A stretch of 64,000 bases of DNA from Victivallales bacterium (lineage in GTDB: Bacteria; Verrucomicrobiota; Lentisphaeria; Victivallales; UBA1829). How positions within the stretch are numbered: position 1 is the first letter of the stretch; the number at the start of each line of letters is the position of its first letter. The translations under genes and the position numbers were made by a program. Under the pieces are notes generated by a model. It was not told where the DNA came from. It worked only from the letters and a program-made list of their open reading frames with translations, and did no database searches. Below, one piece after another: positions 47,812-56,453 of this stretch. Where the stretch lies: assembly GCA_045592785.1 (NCBI GenBank), contig JAZNVL010000038.1, positions 9,836 through 73,835 on the forward strand, given 5' to 3'.

Positions 47812-50259
47812 ATGGCTTTTACCGGTATGAACGAAGATGCACCATTGTCTCCGGAGGAAACACAGAAACTTCCGGAGGCCATGCTTGCCAATATGTACTC
47901 TGTCTCCGACGACGGAAATAACAACCCGGATATTCCCCTTGACCCGGGGAAGTTGGGGATCGATGAGTTCCTTGTCGACCGGTTATCCCACAAGCCGCTG
48001 AACAAATACAAGTTCCGGCGCAGTATCGCTTGCGGCGGTATGAAAATGGTGCTGGAAGTCCGGGATATGGATACCATGCGTGACGTGGCGATGGCAGTCC
48101 TCCCCGATGCCGATAAACGGCCGCCTGCGGATATCCTGCGTTTCGTGCAGGAGGCCCGTCTCACCGCCAGTCTGGAACACCCCAACATCGTGCCTGTGCA
48201 TGATATCGGGATCGATAAGAACGGCGCACCGTATTTCACCATGAAACTGTTGCGCGGAAAGACGCTTGCCGCTTTCTTGAAGTCATTGGCGGATGAAGGC
48301 GTGTCGGAAGAAGATTACCCCATGCACCGGTTGCTCCGGATCTTCCTCAAGATCTGTTCCGGGGTGGCATTCGCCCATTCCAAAGGCGTGCTGCACCTGG
48401 ATTTGAAGCCGGAAAATATTCAGCTGGGTGACTTCGGAGAAGTGTTGATCATTGACTGGGGACTGGCGAAAATGATGGATAACGAATCCAATCTGGATTC
48501 CTTCCCTGCCGGAACAATGAAAAACAGTGCGAATAATGCCATCGTCACCATGGACGGTATGATGAAAGGAACGCCCGGTTACATGTCGCCGGAGCAGGCG
48601 GCGGGCAAAAATCTGACGAAGGATGCCCGGACCGATATTTATGCGTTGGGCGCGATCCTTTATGCCATGTTGACCTTGCAGAATCCTCTCGGCAGTAAGT
48701 CCGTGCCGGATATGATCCAGGATACTCTGGATGGAAATATCATTCCGCCGCGCTATCGGGTGCCGGAACGGGAAATTCCGGTGGCACTGGATGCTGTTGT
48801 GCAGAAAGCCATGAGTCTTTCTCCTCATGACCGGTATCAGAGTGTGACGGAATTGCGGGACGAGGTCAATGCCTTTATCGGCGGATATGCAACGGTTGCG
48901 GAAAAGGCTTCTTCTCTCAAAAAAGCAATGCTCCTGGTGAAACGTCATGTCATTCTCACCGTCAGCGCGGTGATCCTCTTCCTGGTCCTTGCTGTCGCCG
49001 GTGCGGTCATGTTGCAAGATCATCAGCGGCAGAAAGCTGCGTGGTTCCCTCTGTGTTCGGTCCAGTGGAATGACCCGACAGATGTACGAAAACTGCCAAA
49101 AGGCATCACATACCGTAAAAAAGATCTTTCACTGTCTGATGGCACCGCCTGGCGGAGTTCTTCCCGCGGGCTTTTATTACCCAGAGGGGAATGGCTGTGG
49201 CTGGATCTGCCGCTGAAAAGTGACTGGCATCTGGATTTCAGGTACAGCGTAGAGCAGCCGGGGGACTCCTTTGAAGTCCGTTTGCAGGCTGACCCCGAGA
49301 ATAAAGGCGCAGATCAGCTGCCTTCCGGCTTGATCACCCGTTTCGGACTTGATGGCGGGACCCGGGACATCTTTTATCGTCAGGAGCCGGGAAAACAGCC
49401 TGTGCAGATCTCCGGTCATGTTTCCGGTGTTGCGCCGGGCGTGATCCAGGAAGCCTCCTTCCAGCGGAATGACGGACGTCTTACCGTGCGTGTCGGGCTT
49501 GCCGGACGGGAAGAATCGCTCATCGACTTTCTGCCGCCGGCAACGGAAAAACAACGGCGTATCGGGATCCGGGCTTTGTCGGGGAACATTCGTTTGCACT
49601 CGCTGACTCTGACCAATCGTGGCGATGCCGAGCGGTCCACCCCGCTGGTCGCCGCCGATGCGTTGCAGGAAGTACATCTTTACGAAGCCGCATTCGATAA
49701 ATATTTGAAGATCGCCGAATCCTATGAGACAGCCTCTTTCAGCGATCGGGCACTGCTCAATTCCTATCGGATCGCCGCAATTTTTGCCCCCGATCTGAAA
49801 GACCGGGAAGAACGTTTGACTGAACTCAAAAAGAGAATGGCGGCACGGACCCGGTTCCAATTTACGGATCGTGTTCGCGAAATCGATGCCGCACGGCTTT
49901 GGAAGGAAGGGCAAATCCTTGCTTCTCTCCGCCTCGTGGAGATCATCCTGCAGTCCGATCCAACCAACGACATCCTGCAGCGTTTGACTGCGATCCAGTA
50001 TCATAAGTTCAAACGGAATGAGATGGAGGCTTATCTTTCTCTGCTGAAACGGATGCGGCACTTGAAGACGTTGAGCATTGCCGGATTCGATTGGGAAAAT
50101 CTCGACCCCATCCGCGATCTTGATCTGGAATATCTGGATTGTACCGGAAATCCCATCACCGATTACAGTGCGCTGAAAAATATGCCGCTCCGGGTCCTCG
50201 TCACGGATTCCGGCGTGTATACCGGAGAAGAAGCAATCGCCTCATTTCTCAACAAATAA
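47812..50259 (+). CDS. serine/threonine protein kinase with one TM segment and an extracytoplasmic region ending in LRR-like repeats
   Basis: HLDLKPENI, DWGLA and GTPGYMSPE kinase motifs, a TM segment (VILTVSAVILFLVLAVAGAVML), and a C-terminal LKTLSIAGFDWENLDPIRDLDLEYLDCTGNPITDYSAL. Confidence 0.9.
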   Translation: MAFTGMNEDAPLSPEETQKLPEAMLANMYSVSDDGNNNPDIPLDPGKLGIDEFLVDRLSHKPLNKYKFRRSIACGGMKMVLEVRDMDTMRDVAMAVLPDADKRPPADILRFVQEARLTASLEHPNIVPVHDIGIDKNGAPYFTMKLLRGKTLAAFLKSLADEGVSEEDYPMHRLLRIFLKICSGVAFAHSKGVLHLDLKPENIQLGDFGEVLIIDWGLAKMMDNESNLDSFPAGTMKNSANNAIVTMDGMMKGTPGYMSPEQAAGKNLTKDARTDIYALGAILYAMLTLQNPLGSKSVPDMIQDTLDGNIIPPRYRVPEREIPVALDAVVQKAMSLSPHDRYQSVTELRDEVNAFIGGYATVAEKASSLKKAMLLVKRHVILTVSAVILFLVLAVAGAVMLQDHQRQKAAWFPLCSVQWNDPTDVRKLPKGITYRKKDLSLSDGTAWRSSSRGLLLPRGEWLWLDLPLKSDWHLDFRYSVEQPGDSFEVRLQADPENKGADQLPSGLITRFGLDGGTRDIFYRQEPGKQPVQISGHVSGVAPGVIQEASFQRNDGRLTVRVGLAGREESLIDFLPPATEKQRRIGIRALSGNIRLHSLTLTNRGDAERSTPLVAADALQEVHLYEAAFDKYLKIAESYETASFSDRALLNSYRIAAIFAPDLKDREERLTELKKRMAARTRFQFTDRVREIDAARLWKEGQILASLRLVEIILQSDPTNDILQRLTAIQYHKFKRNEMEAYLSLLKRMRHLKTLSIAGFDWENLDPIRDLDLEYLDCTGNPITDYSALKNMPLRVLVTDSGVYTGEEAIASFLNK

Positions 50260-51390
50260 AGACGAGGTTTTTTTCCTGGAAAGGAACATCCTCTCCGCCT
50301 TTTTGCACTGAAAATGCGCATGGATCCGATAGATGATCGCGTAGAAAAGTCCGGGTATGAAACCGCCCACATGTGCCATATATGCCGTGCCGCCCGCCTG
50401 CTTATCGCTGAAATAACCCATCGCCAGCTGCAGCAGAAACCAGATCAGGAATGCGCCCCACGCCGGTAACGTCACCCAACGGAAGAACAGACCAAACCGG
50501 AGGAGATAGCGCAATCTCACATGAGGAAAGCAAACCGCATAGCAGGCAATGATGCCGGAAATAAAACCGCTGGCGCCCACACAGGGGATCGTGGAGCCTG
50601 GGTCAAAAAGCGTATGAGTCAGTGTGGCGCAAAGACCGGAACACAGCAACATGATCGCGTATTTTGTGTGGCCCAGCATGTCTTCCACGTTATCCCCGAA
50701 GATGAACAGAAAATACAGGTTTCCCAGCAGATGCAGCCAGCCGCCGTGGAGAAACATCGACGTGAAGATCGTTGCCCCGCCATGACGTCCCCATTCCGCC
50801 GGAATATATCCCCAGGTCCGGATGACTTGCATCGCATCGCCGAACGTTGTCAGAAAAAAGAGCCAGATACACAATGCTGCGATCCCCCAGGTGAGCCAGG
50901 GATGCCGTTCCTTTGCCGGTGCTCTGAGTTCAACGGGGAATCCCAGAACGGCGGCAACCGTTTGCAGCGGATTGCACTTATCGACCTGGTCGTCTTCCAC
51001 CTCCCGATCATGCGATGTTGTTCCTGACGATGTCCTGTTGACCGCGGGAACGACAGGACTTGTCTGCGTCTGTTGCGGGACCTGTTTCAGTTCCTGCGGA
51101 TCAAACCAGATCTGCTGACAGCGTGTGCAGATATCCAGTTCCAGATGAATGGCATTCTCCCGGACATTCACTTTGCGCATCCATTGTCCGCAACCGGGAC
51201 ACTGGATCCCTACGGTACTGCAGGAAAATTTTGCCTGTGCCCAGAGTGCGTTTGCAAATTCTTTGCTGCCGCAGATGGAACGGAACGCGGGGTAAGTAAC
51301 GGTATGACCATGACAGGAATCACATTCGTAGGCGATCTTCCCGCCATAGCGTGTTTCTACAAGATTACCACCGCATACCGTGCATTTCAC
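50242..51390 (-). CDS. rhomboid family intramembrane serine protease with an N-terminal double zinc-ribbon
   Basis: Rhomboid motifs MFLHGGWLHLLGNLYFLFIFG and GASGFISG. The N-terminus carries CTVCGG...CDSCHG and CPGCGQ...CTRCQQIWFD ribbons. GTG start at 51390. Confidence 0.85.
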   Translation of the reverse strand: MKCTVCGGNLVETRYGGKIAYECDSCHGHTVTYPAFRSICGSKEFANALWAQAKFSCSTVGIQCPGCGQWMRKVNVRENAIHLELDICTRCQQIWFDPQELKQVPQQTQTSPVVPAVNRTSSGTTSHDREVEDDQVDKCNPLQTVAAVLGFPVELRAPAKERHPWLTWGIAALCIWLFFLTTFGDAMQVIRTWGYIPAEWGRHGGATIFTSMFLHGGWLHLLGNLYFLFIFGDNVEDMLGHTKYAIMLLCSGLCATLTHTLFDPGSTIPCVGASGFISGIIACYAVCFPHVRLRYLLRFGLFFRWVTLPAWGAFLIWFLLQLAMGYFSDKQAGGTAYMAHVGGFIPGLFYAIIYRIHAHFQCKKAERMFLSRKKTSSLFVEK

Positions 51391-51405
51391 CTGTATTCAT
51401 CTCCG

Positions 51406-53550
51406 TCAGTAAATAAACAGCATTTCTCTGTATTTCGGCAGGGGCCAGCGATGATCTGCGACCCGTTTTTCCAGTTCGTCCACGGTCATACGCAAATCGT
51501 GCATGGCATCCAGCCAGGCTTTCGTTGCATTATCATCTTCCAGCTGTTTTTCCAGATGATCCATTTGTTCGGAAAGCGTATCCAGAAGTGTGCCGATACA
51601 TTCCGCCGTCTTGCGGACAGCATTGGTCCCCGGCTTGCAGACCTGGAACGTGAGAGTCCGGGTCAGCTGGGCATATTCCTCCACTGCCGCCGGCTGGATC
51701 ACGGTCCGCGCCATGAGAAGTGCCAACTGCGCTTCGATGCGGACTTTCCGCTTGTATTCTTCGGTAAAGATCTCGTGACGGGAGAGGATCTCCGTTTTGG
51801 AGAATACGCCCGTTTTTTCCAGCAGTTCGATATTTTCGGGAGCAGTCAGACGGGATAACGCGCTCATGGTATCCGCCAGATTGGGCAGTCCACGGCGTTT
51901 TGCTTCCTCCCGCCATTCGTCGTCATATCCGTTCCCGTTGAAAATGACCCGCTTGTGCTTTTTCAGGATCCGCTGCAAGGTGATCTGCAACTGCATGTTG
52001 AAGTCCTGCGCCGGATCAAAGTGTTCAATACGGTCCGCCATGATCTCCAGGGATTCCGCAACGATGGCATTCAGCAGAATATTGGCTTCCGCACATGACT
52101 GACTGGAGCCCGGTGCGCGGAACTCAAACTTGTTCCCTGTGAAAGCAAAGGGACTTGTCCGGTTCCGGTCGGTGGCATCCCGGGGCAGGGGCGGTAATGT
52201 CTCCACGCCCACTTTCAGCACGCCGCTTTTCCGTGTGGATTTCACGGCACCGGCTTCCACCTGTTCCATGATGTCCGTCAGCTGTTCGCCCAGGAAGATG
52301 GAGATGATGGCGGGCGGAGCTTCGTTTGCACCGAGACGGTGGTCATTCCCCGCGGTCGCCGTGGCAACACGGAGCAGGTCCGCATGAAGGTCCACGGCAC
52401 GGATGATGGCGATCAGTGTTGTCAGGAAGATGGCGTTTTCATGGGGGTCGTTCCCCGGATTCAGAAGATTCCGGTCGCCGTAAGCCAGGGACCAGTTATT
52501 GTGTTTGCCGGATCCATTGACACCGGCGAACGGTTTTTCATGGAGCAGGCAGACCAGTCCGTGTTTTTCTGCGGTGACTTTCAACACTTCCATCACCAGC
52601 ATATTGTGGTCAACAGCCAGGTTCAGGTCTTCGAACAACGGTGCGATCTCGAACTGGGCGGGTGCCGCTTCGTTGTGACGGGTCTTCGCCGGGATCCCCA
52701 GCTGCCACAGTTCCCGTTCCACATCGCTCATGAATGCCAGAATACGGGGCTTGATCGCGCCGAAATAATGATCGTCCAGCTGTTGATGCTTCGGCGGTGC
52801 TGCCCCGAAAAGGGTACGCCCCGTCTGGATCAGGTCCGGACGCAAATGATAAAATTCCTTGTCGATGAGGAAGTATTCCTGTTCCGCCCCCAGACTGATG
52901 GAGACCTGGGCATCCGGCTGTTCCGCATTGAACGCCTTCATCAGACGGTGTACGGCTTTGGTGATCGCCTGCATGGAGCGGAGCAGCGGGGTCTTCCGGT
53001 CAAGGGAATCCCCGGTATAACTGCAGAATGCCGTGGGGATACAGAGCGTCGCCCCGTTTCTTCCGCGACGGATGAATGCGGGACTGGTGGGATCCCAGGC
53101 GGTATAGCCACGCGCTTCGAACGTGGAGCGGAGTCCGCCGGAGGGGAAACTGGAGGCATCCGGTTCACTGACGATCAGGTTCTTCCCGGAAAATTTGAGA
53201 ATGAGATGTTCCTGTTCATCGGGTTCGAAAAAGGCGTCATGCTTTTCGGCGGTGGTCCCGTTCAACGGCTGAAACCAGTGCGTGTAATGACTCGCGCCTT
53301 TGCTGACTGCCCATTGTTTCATGGCGTTGGCGACTTCATCGGCGATGGAGGGATCCAGCGGTTCACGGTTCTTGACCGTTTTCAGGAGTTTTCTCAGTAC
53401 CTGCGGATTGAGTACCTGTCGCATCTGCTCGATATTGAACACATCGGAAGCATAATTTTCTGCAACAGCTTCAACAGACGGGATCTCAAATTTCCTGTCT
53501 GTACTCCGTCCGGCGATGGTAGTGATCGCCTTTTCTCTGGTGGTACTCAT
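51406..53550 (-). CDS. glnN: glutamine synthetase type III
   Basis: A 714-aa protein with NGSGKHNNWS and other GSIII blocks. The start was set at ATG 53550 after GAAGGA; the ORF-track start at 53691 adds a low-complexity extension. Confidence 0.9.
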   Translation of the reverse strand: MSTTREKAITTIAGRSTDRKFEIPSVEAVAENYASDVFNIEQMRQVLNPQVLRKLLKTVKNREPLDPSIADEVANAMKQWAVSKGASHYTHWFQPLNGTTAEKHDAFFEPDEQEHLILKFSGKNLIVSEPDASSFPSGGLRSTFEARGYTAWDPTSPAFIRRGRNGATLCIPTAFCSYTGDSLDRKTPLLRSMQAITKAVHRLMKAFNAEQPDAQVSISLGAEQEYFLIDKEFYHLRPDLIQTGRTLFGAAPPKHQQLDDHYFGAIKPRILAFMSDVERELWQLGIPAKTRHNEAAPAQFEIAPLFEDLNLAVDHNMLVMEVLKVTAEKHGLVCLLHEKPFAGVNGSGKHNNWSLAYGDRNLLNPGNDPHENAIFLTTLIAIIRAVDLHADLLRVATATAGNDHRLGANEAPPAIISIFLGEQLTDIMEQVEAGAVKSTRKSGVLKVGVETLPPLPRDATDRNRTSPFAFTGNKFEFRAPGSSQSCAEANILLNAIVAESLEIMADRIEHFDPAQDFNMQLQITLQRILKKHKRVIFNGNGYDDEWREEAKRRGLPNLADTMSALSRLTAPENIELLEKTGVFSKTEILSRHEIFTEEYKRKVRIEAQLALLMARTVIQPAAVEEYAQLTRTLTFQVCKPGTNAVRKTAECIGTLLDTLSEQMDHLEKQLEDDNATKAWLDAMHDLRMTVDELEKRVADHRWPLPKYREMLFIY

Positions 53551-53654
53551 AGAAAAATCCTTCGTTAACGATTGATAGTTATCGCGTAATATAGCATAAT
53601 TTTTGTAAAATGGAATTTTTTTTGTAAAAAAATTATAAAAAAATATAAAACAGA

Positions 53655-53682
53655 TTGCAAATTCCCGCCATTGCGTTATATT
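53655..53682 (+). promoter_or_regulatory. sigma-70-type promoter candidate, TTGCAA-N16-TATATT
   Basis: TTGCAA at 53655-53660 and TATATT at 53677-53682, ~30 nt upstream of ATG 53712. Confidence 0.5.
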
Positions 53683-53711
53683 TACACTCACAACGGAAGG
53701 AGTTTTACTTT

Positions 53712-55241
53712 ATGAACGGAGAAGTCAAAGATCTTGAAATCGCGATCCTGCATCAGATCAGTCGCGCCGTCCTCCACGAACATAACGTGGCTCTCCTCCT
53801 GAAAAATGTGCTGGACGTCCTCTACCGGGAAATCGGGTTCCTCCGCGGGACCTTCACGCTCCTCCGGGAAGACACCCTTTTTATCGAAGCCTCCCAGGGA
53901 CTCACCGAAGAAGAGATCAAACGCGGAAAATACCGTCTGGGGGAGGGCATTACCGGACGGGTGGCGGAAATTGCCGCACCCATCATCATTCCCGACATCA
54001 CGAAAGACCCCAACTTCCTGAACCGTACCGGGACCCGTAATCAGGCGCATAACGTGGCGTTCCTCTGTGTGCCGATCCTCCGTATGGAAAAAGTCATCGG
54101 CACTCTCTCCATGGACCGCAAAGTTACGCCGGAAACCGATCTGCAGCGGGATATCCGGCTGTTGGAAACGGTGGCGAACATCATGGCGGATCCCGTTCAG
54201 TTGTGTCTGCGCAAACATGAAGAACATGAGAAACTGTTGGCGGAAAATCAACGGCTCCGTGATGAACTTTCCGGGAGAGTTTCCGCCCCGCAGGATATCG
54301 TCGGAAATTCCAGCAGTATGCGCACTGTGTATTCACGGATCGAACAGGTCGCCTTCACCAATGCCACCGTACTCATCACCGGCGAACCGGGCACGGGCAA
54401 GGAAATGATCGCCCGTGCCATCCGCAGAAAAAGTCCGCGGGCGGATGCCCCGTTTGTCACATTGAGTTGTACCGCACTCCCCGAACATCAATTGGAACCG
54501 GAACTCTTCGGCAGGGAAAAGATCCATCCGGACGGCGTGAAAGAACACATCCCCGGGAAACTGGAAGAAGCCGGGAACGGAACTCTTTATCTGGATGAAG
54601 TCAGCGATATGTCTCTGGCTTTGCAGTTGCGATTCACTCATTTCCTGCAGGAACGTGTCATCAACGGGAACCCGCTGGATGTCCGGATCATCGCTTCTTC
54701 CGGAAAAGATCTGGAAGCTCTGCTGAAAAAAGGGTTGTTCCGGGAAGAACTTTATTATCGGCTGAATGTATTTCCCATTCATCTCCCGGAATTACGGAAC
54801 CGCAGGAGTGATATCGTACTTCTGGCGGAACATTTTCTGGAAAAATATACCCGGATGTACGGGAAGAACATCTCCCGTATTTCCACACCGGCGATCAATA
54901 TGATGATGAGTTATCATTGGCCCGGAAACGTACGGGAAATGGAAAACTGTATGGAACGCGCCGTTCTCTCCGCCACCGAAGATGTGATCTCCGGGAAAGA
55001 TCTGCCGCCCTCACTTCAAACAGCGGAGGCTGCATTTGCCGGACGTCTTTCGCCGGACGGCAGGGCGGATTTTGAAACGCTTGTGAACAGTTACGAACGG
55101 GAACTGATCGTGGAGGCATTGAAGGTGAACAAAGGAAATGTTTCTGCGGCGGCGCGTGCTTTGAATCTGACGATCCGGATCCTGAACTACAAGATCCGCA
55201 AACTCAATATCATGCCCGAATGGTACAAAATCCGCAGCTGA
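53712..55241 (+). CDS. GAF-AAA+-HTH transcriptional regulator of the NtrC/bEBP family, lacking the GAFTGA loop
   Basis: GAF-like N-terminus, Walker A GEPGTGKE, Walker B GTLYLDEV, WPGNVREMEN, and a C-terminal Fis-type HTH (NVSAAARALNLTIRILNYKIRKL). The start was set at ATG 53712 after GGAAGGAG. Confidence 0.88.
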   Translation: MNGEVKDLEIAILHQISRAVLHEHNVALLLKNVLDVLYREIGFLRGTFTLLREDTLFIEASQGLTEEEIKRGKYRLGEGITGRVAEIAAPIIIPDITKDPNFLNRTGTRNQAHNVAFLCVPILRMEKVIGTLSMDRKVTPETDLQRDIRLLETVANIMADPVQLCLRKHEEHEKLLAENQRLRDELSGRVSAPQDIVGNSSSMRTVYSRIEQVAFTNATVLITGEPGTGKEMIARAIRRKSPRADAPFVTLSCTALPEHQLEPELFGREKIHPDGVKEHIPGKLEEAGNGTLYLDEVSDMSLALQLRFTHFLQERVINGNPLDVRIIASSGKDLEALLKKGLFREELYYRLNVFPIHLPELRNRRSDIVLLAEHFLEKYTRMYGKNISRISTPAINMMMSYHWPGNVREMENCMERAVLSATEDVISGKDLPPSLQTAEAAFAGRLSPDGRADFETLVNSYERELIVEALKVNKGNVSAAARALNLTIRILNYKIRKLNIMPEWYKIRS

Positions 55242-55247
55242 TCCGGC

Positions 55248-55586
55248 CTATTTCTTCAGGGCTTTCCGTGCGTCTTCCATGCCGCCCAGATCGTGCAGGT
55301 TTTTGTAACCCAGATCCTGCAGATCTTTGATGGCGAGTTTTACACGGCGTCCGGAACGGCAGTAAAGGTATAACGGGGTCGTTTTATTGGGCGCGATCTT
55401 TCCGATTTTCAGTTTGATGTGTTCGTGCGGGACAAGGACAGCCCCTTCGATGTGTCCGGCTTTGTACTCGGATTCTGTGCGGACATCCAGCAGGATGGCG
55501 TTTTCCGGCATTTTGACGGGTTCTTTTGTTGCGACACAGGCGGGGAGAGTGAGACAGAGAGTCAGGAGAGCGAAAAGTTTTTTCAT
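55248..55586 (-). CDS. rhodanese-domain lipoprotein
   Basis: Lipobox in MKKLFALLTLCLTLPAC, and an active-site loop YCRSGRR. Confidence 0.85.
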   Translation of the reverse strand: MKKLFALLTLCLTLPACVATKEPVKMPENAILLDVRTESEYKAGHIEGAVLVPHEHIKLKIGKIAPNKTTPLYLYCRSGRRVKLAIKDLQDLGYKNLHDLGGMEDARKALKK

Positions 55587-55613
55587 TGTCGTAATATCCT
55601 TTCTTGTTTTTTT

Positions 55614-56453
55614 TCAGATTTCGCCATTTTTCTTTTGTTTCCGGTAGATGCCGGGCGGAGTGCCCCGTCTTTTCCGGAATACGTTGGAAAAGTAAAATTC
55701 ATCGGCAAATTTGAGGTCCATGGCGATCTCTTTTACCGGTTTGACCGTGTGGAGCAGAAGAAGTTCCGCCGTATGCAGTTTCTGTTCCATGAGGTATTGA
55801 TACGGAGAAACACCGAAGTATTTCCGGAATTTCCGGTTCATGTTGGAAACGGAAAGCCCCATCGCCTTTGCCACGTCATCCATGGCTGGCTGTTCGTAGA
55901 CCAGACTTTCCAGATGATGCTGCAGCCGTGTCATATCCGGGGGGATCGTCTGCGTGATCCGGGAGTCCCGTACTTCTGCGATCTTGTAGAGGATCCGGTG
56001 TACGGCGAGTGTGACCGCTTCCAGCGCGTGATCGTGGTTGTTCCTCACGCGGGAGTATTCTTCCAGAAAGAGTTCTCCCAGTCCGGAATCGGGAAGATAA
56101 TACAGTCCGTAGAGTTTGTATTCGTGGAACAGCATATCGACCAGCGTGCCTGATACATTGAAATAGATTTTCACCCATTGGTCTTTGGGGTCTGTCCGGT
56201 AGGAATGATTGGAACCCAGCGGCGCGATATACACGTCCCCCGTCTTCGGTTTGAAATGGTTCCCGTTGATCTCAAGTGTCCCGGATCCGCAGCAGATGTA
56301 TTCGAGCACATACAGGTTGGATTTCACCCGGCTGTGATTGTAATTGGGTTTGCAATAGTCGATCCCGCAGACTTCCGTATTGATACTGGCAGTCTGTTCT
56401 TTTGACGTGAAGATCGTCAGATCGGCAAACTGGGTATGGCTCGTAATGCTCAT
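55614..56453 (-). CDS. AraC family transcriptional regulator (cupin plus HTH)
   Basis: Cupin-like N-terminus and a C-terminal HTH (MNRKFRKYFGVSPYQYL...FYFSNVFRKRRGTPPGIYRK). ATGA overlap with the upstream hydrolase gene. Confidence 0.88.
   Translation of the reverse strand: MSITSHTQFADLTIFTSKEQTASINTEVCGIDYCKPNYNHSRVKSNLYVLEYICCGSGTLEINGNHFKPKTGDVYIAPLGSNHSYRTDPKDQWVKIYFNVSGTLVDMLFHEYKLYGLYYLPDSGLGELFLEEYSRVRNNHDHALEAVTLAVHRILYKIAEVRDSRITQTIPPDMTRLQHHLESLVYEQPAMDDVAKAMGLSVSNMNRKFRKYFGVSPYQYLMEQKLHTAELLLLHTVKPVKEIAMDLKFADEFYFSNVFRKRRGTPPGIYRKQKKNGEI

Noticed and set aside
53655-53670. A sigma-54-like element, TGGCGGGAATTTGCA, on the minus strand upstream of glnN.
   Set aside because: The GG-to-GC spacing is one nucleotide shorter than the strict -24/-12 spacing (TGGCAC-N5-TTGCA). 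The same TTGCAA is better explained as the -35 hexamer of a plus-strand TTGCAA-N16-TATATT promoter. The adjacent regulator also lacks GAFTGA.
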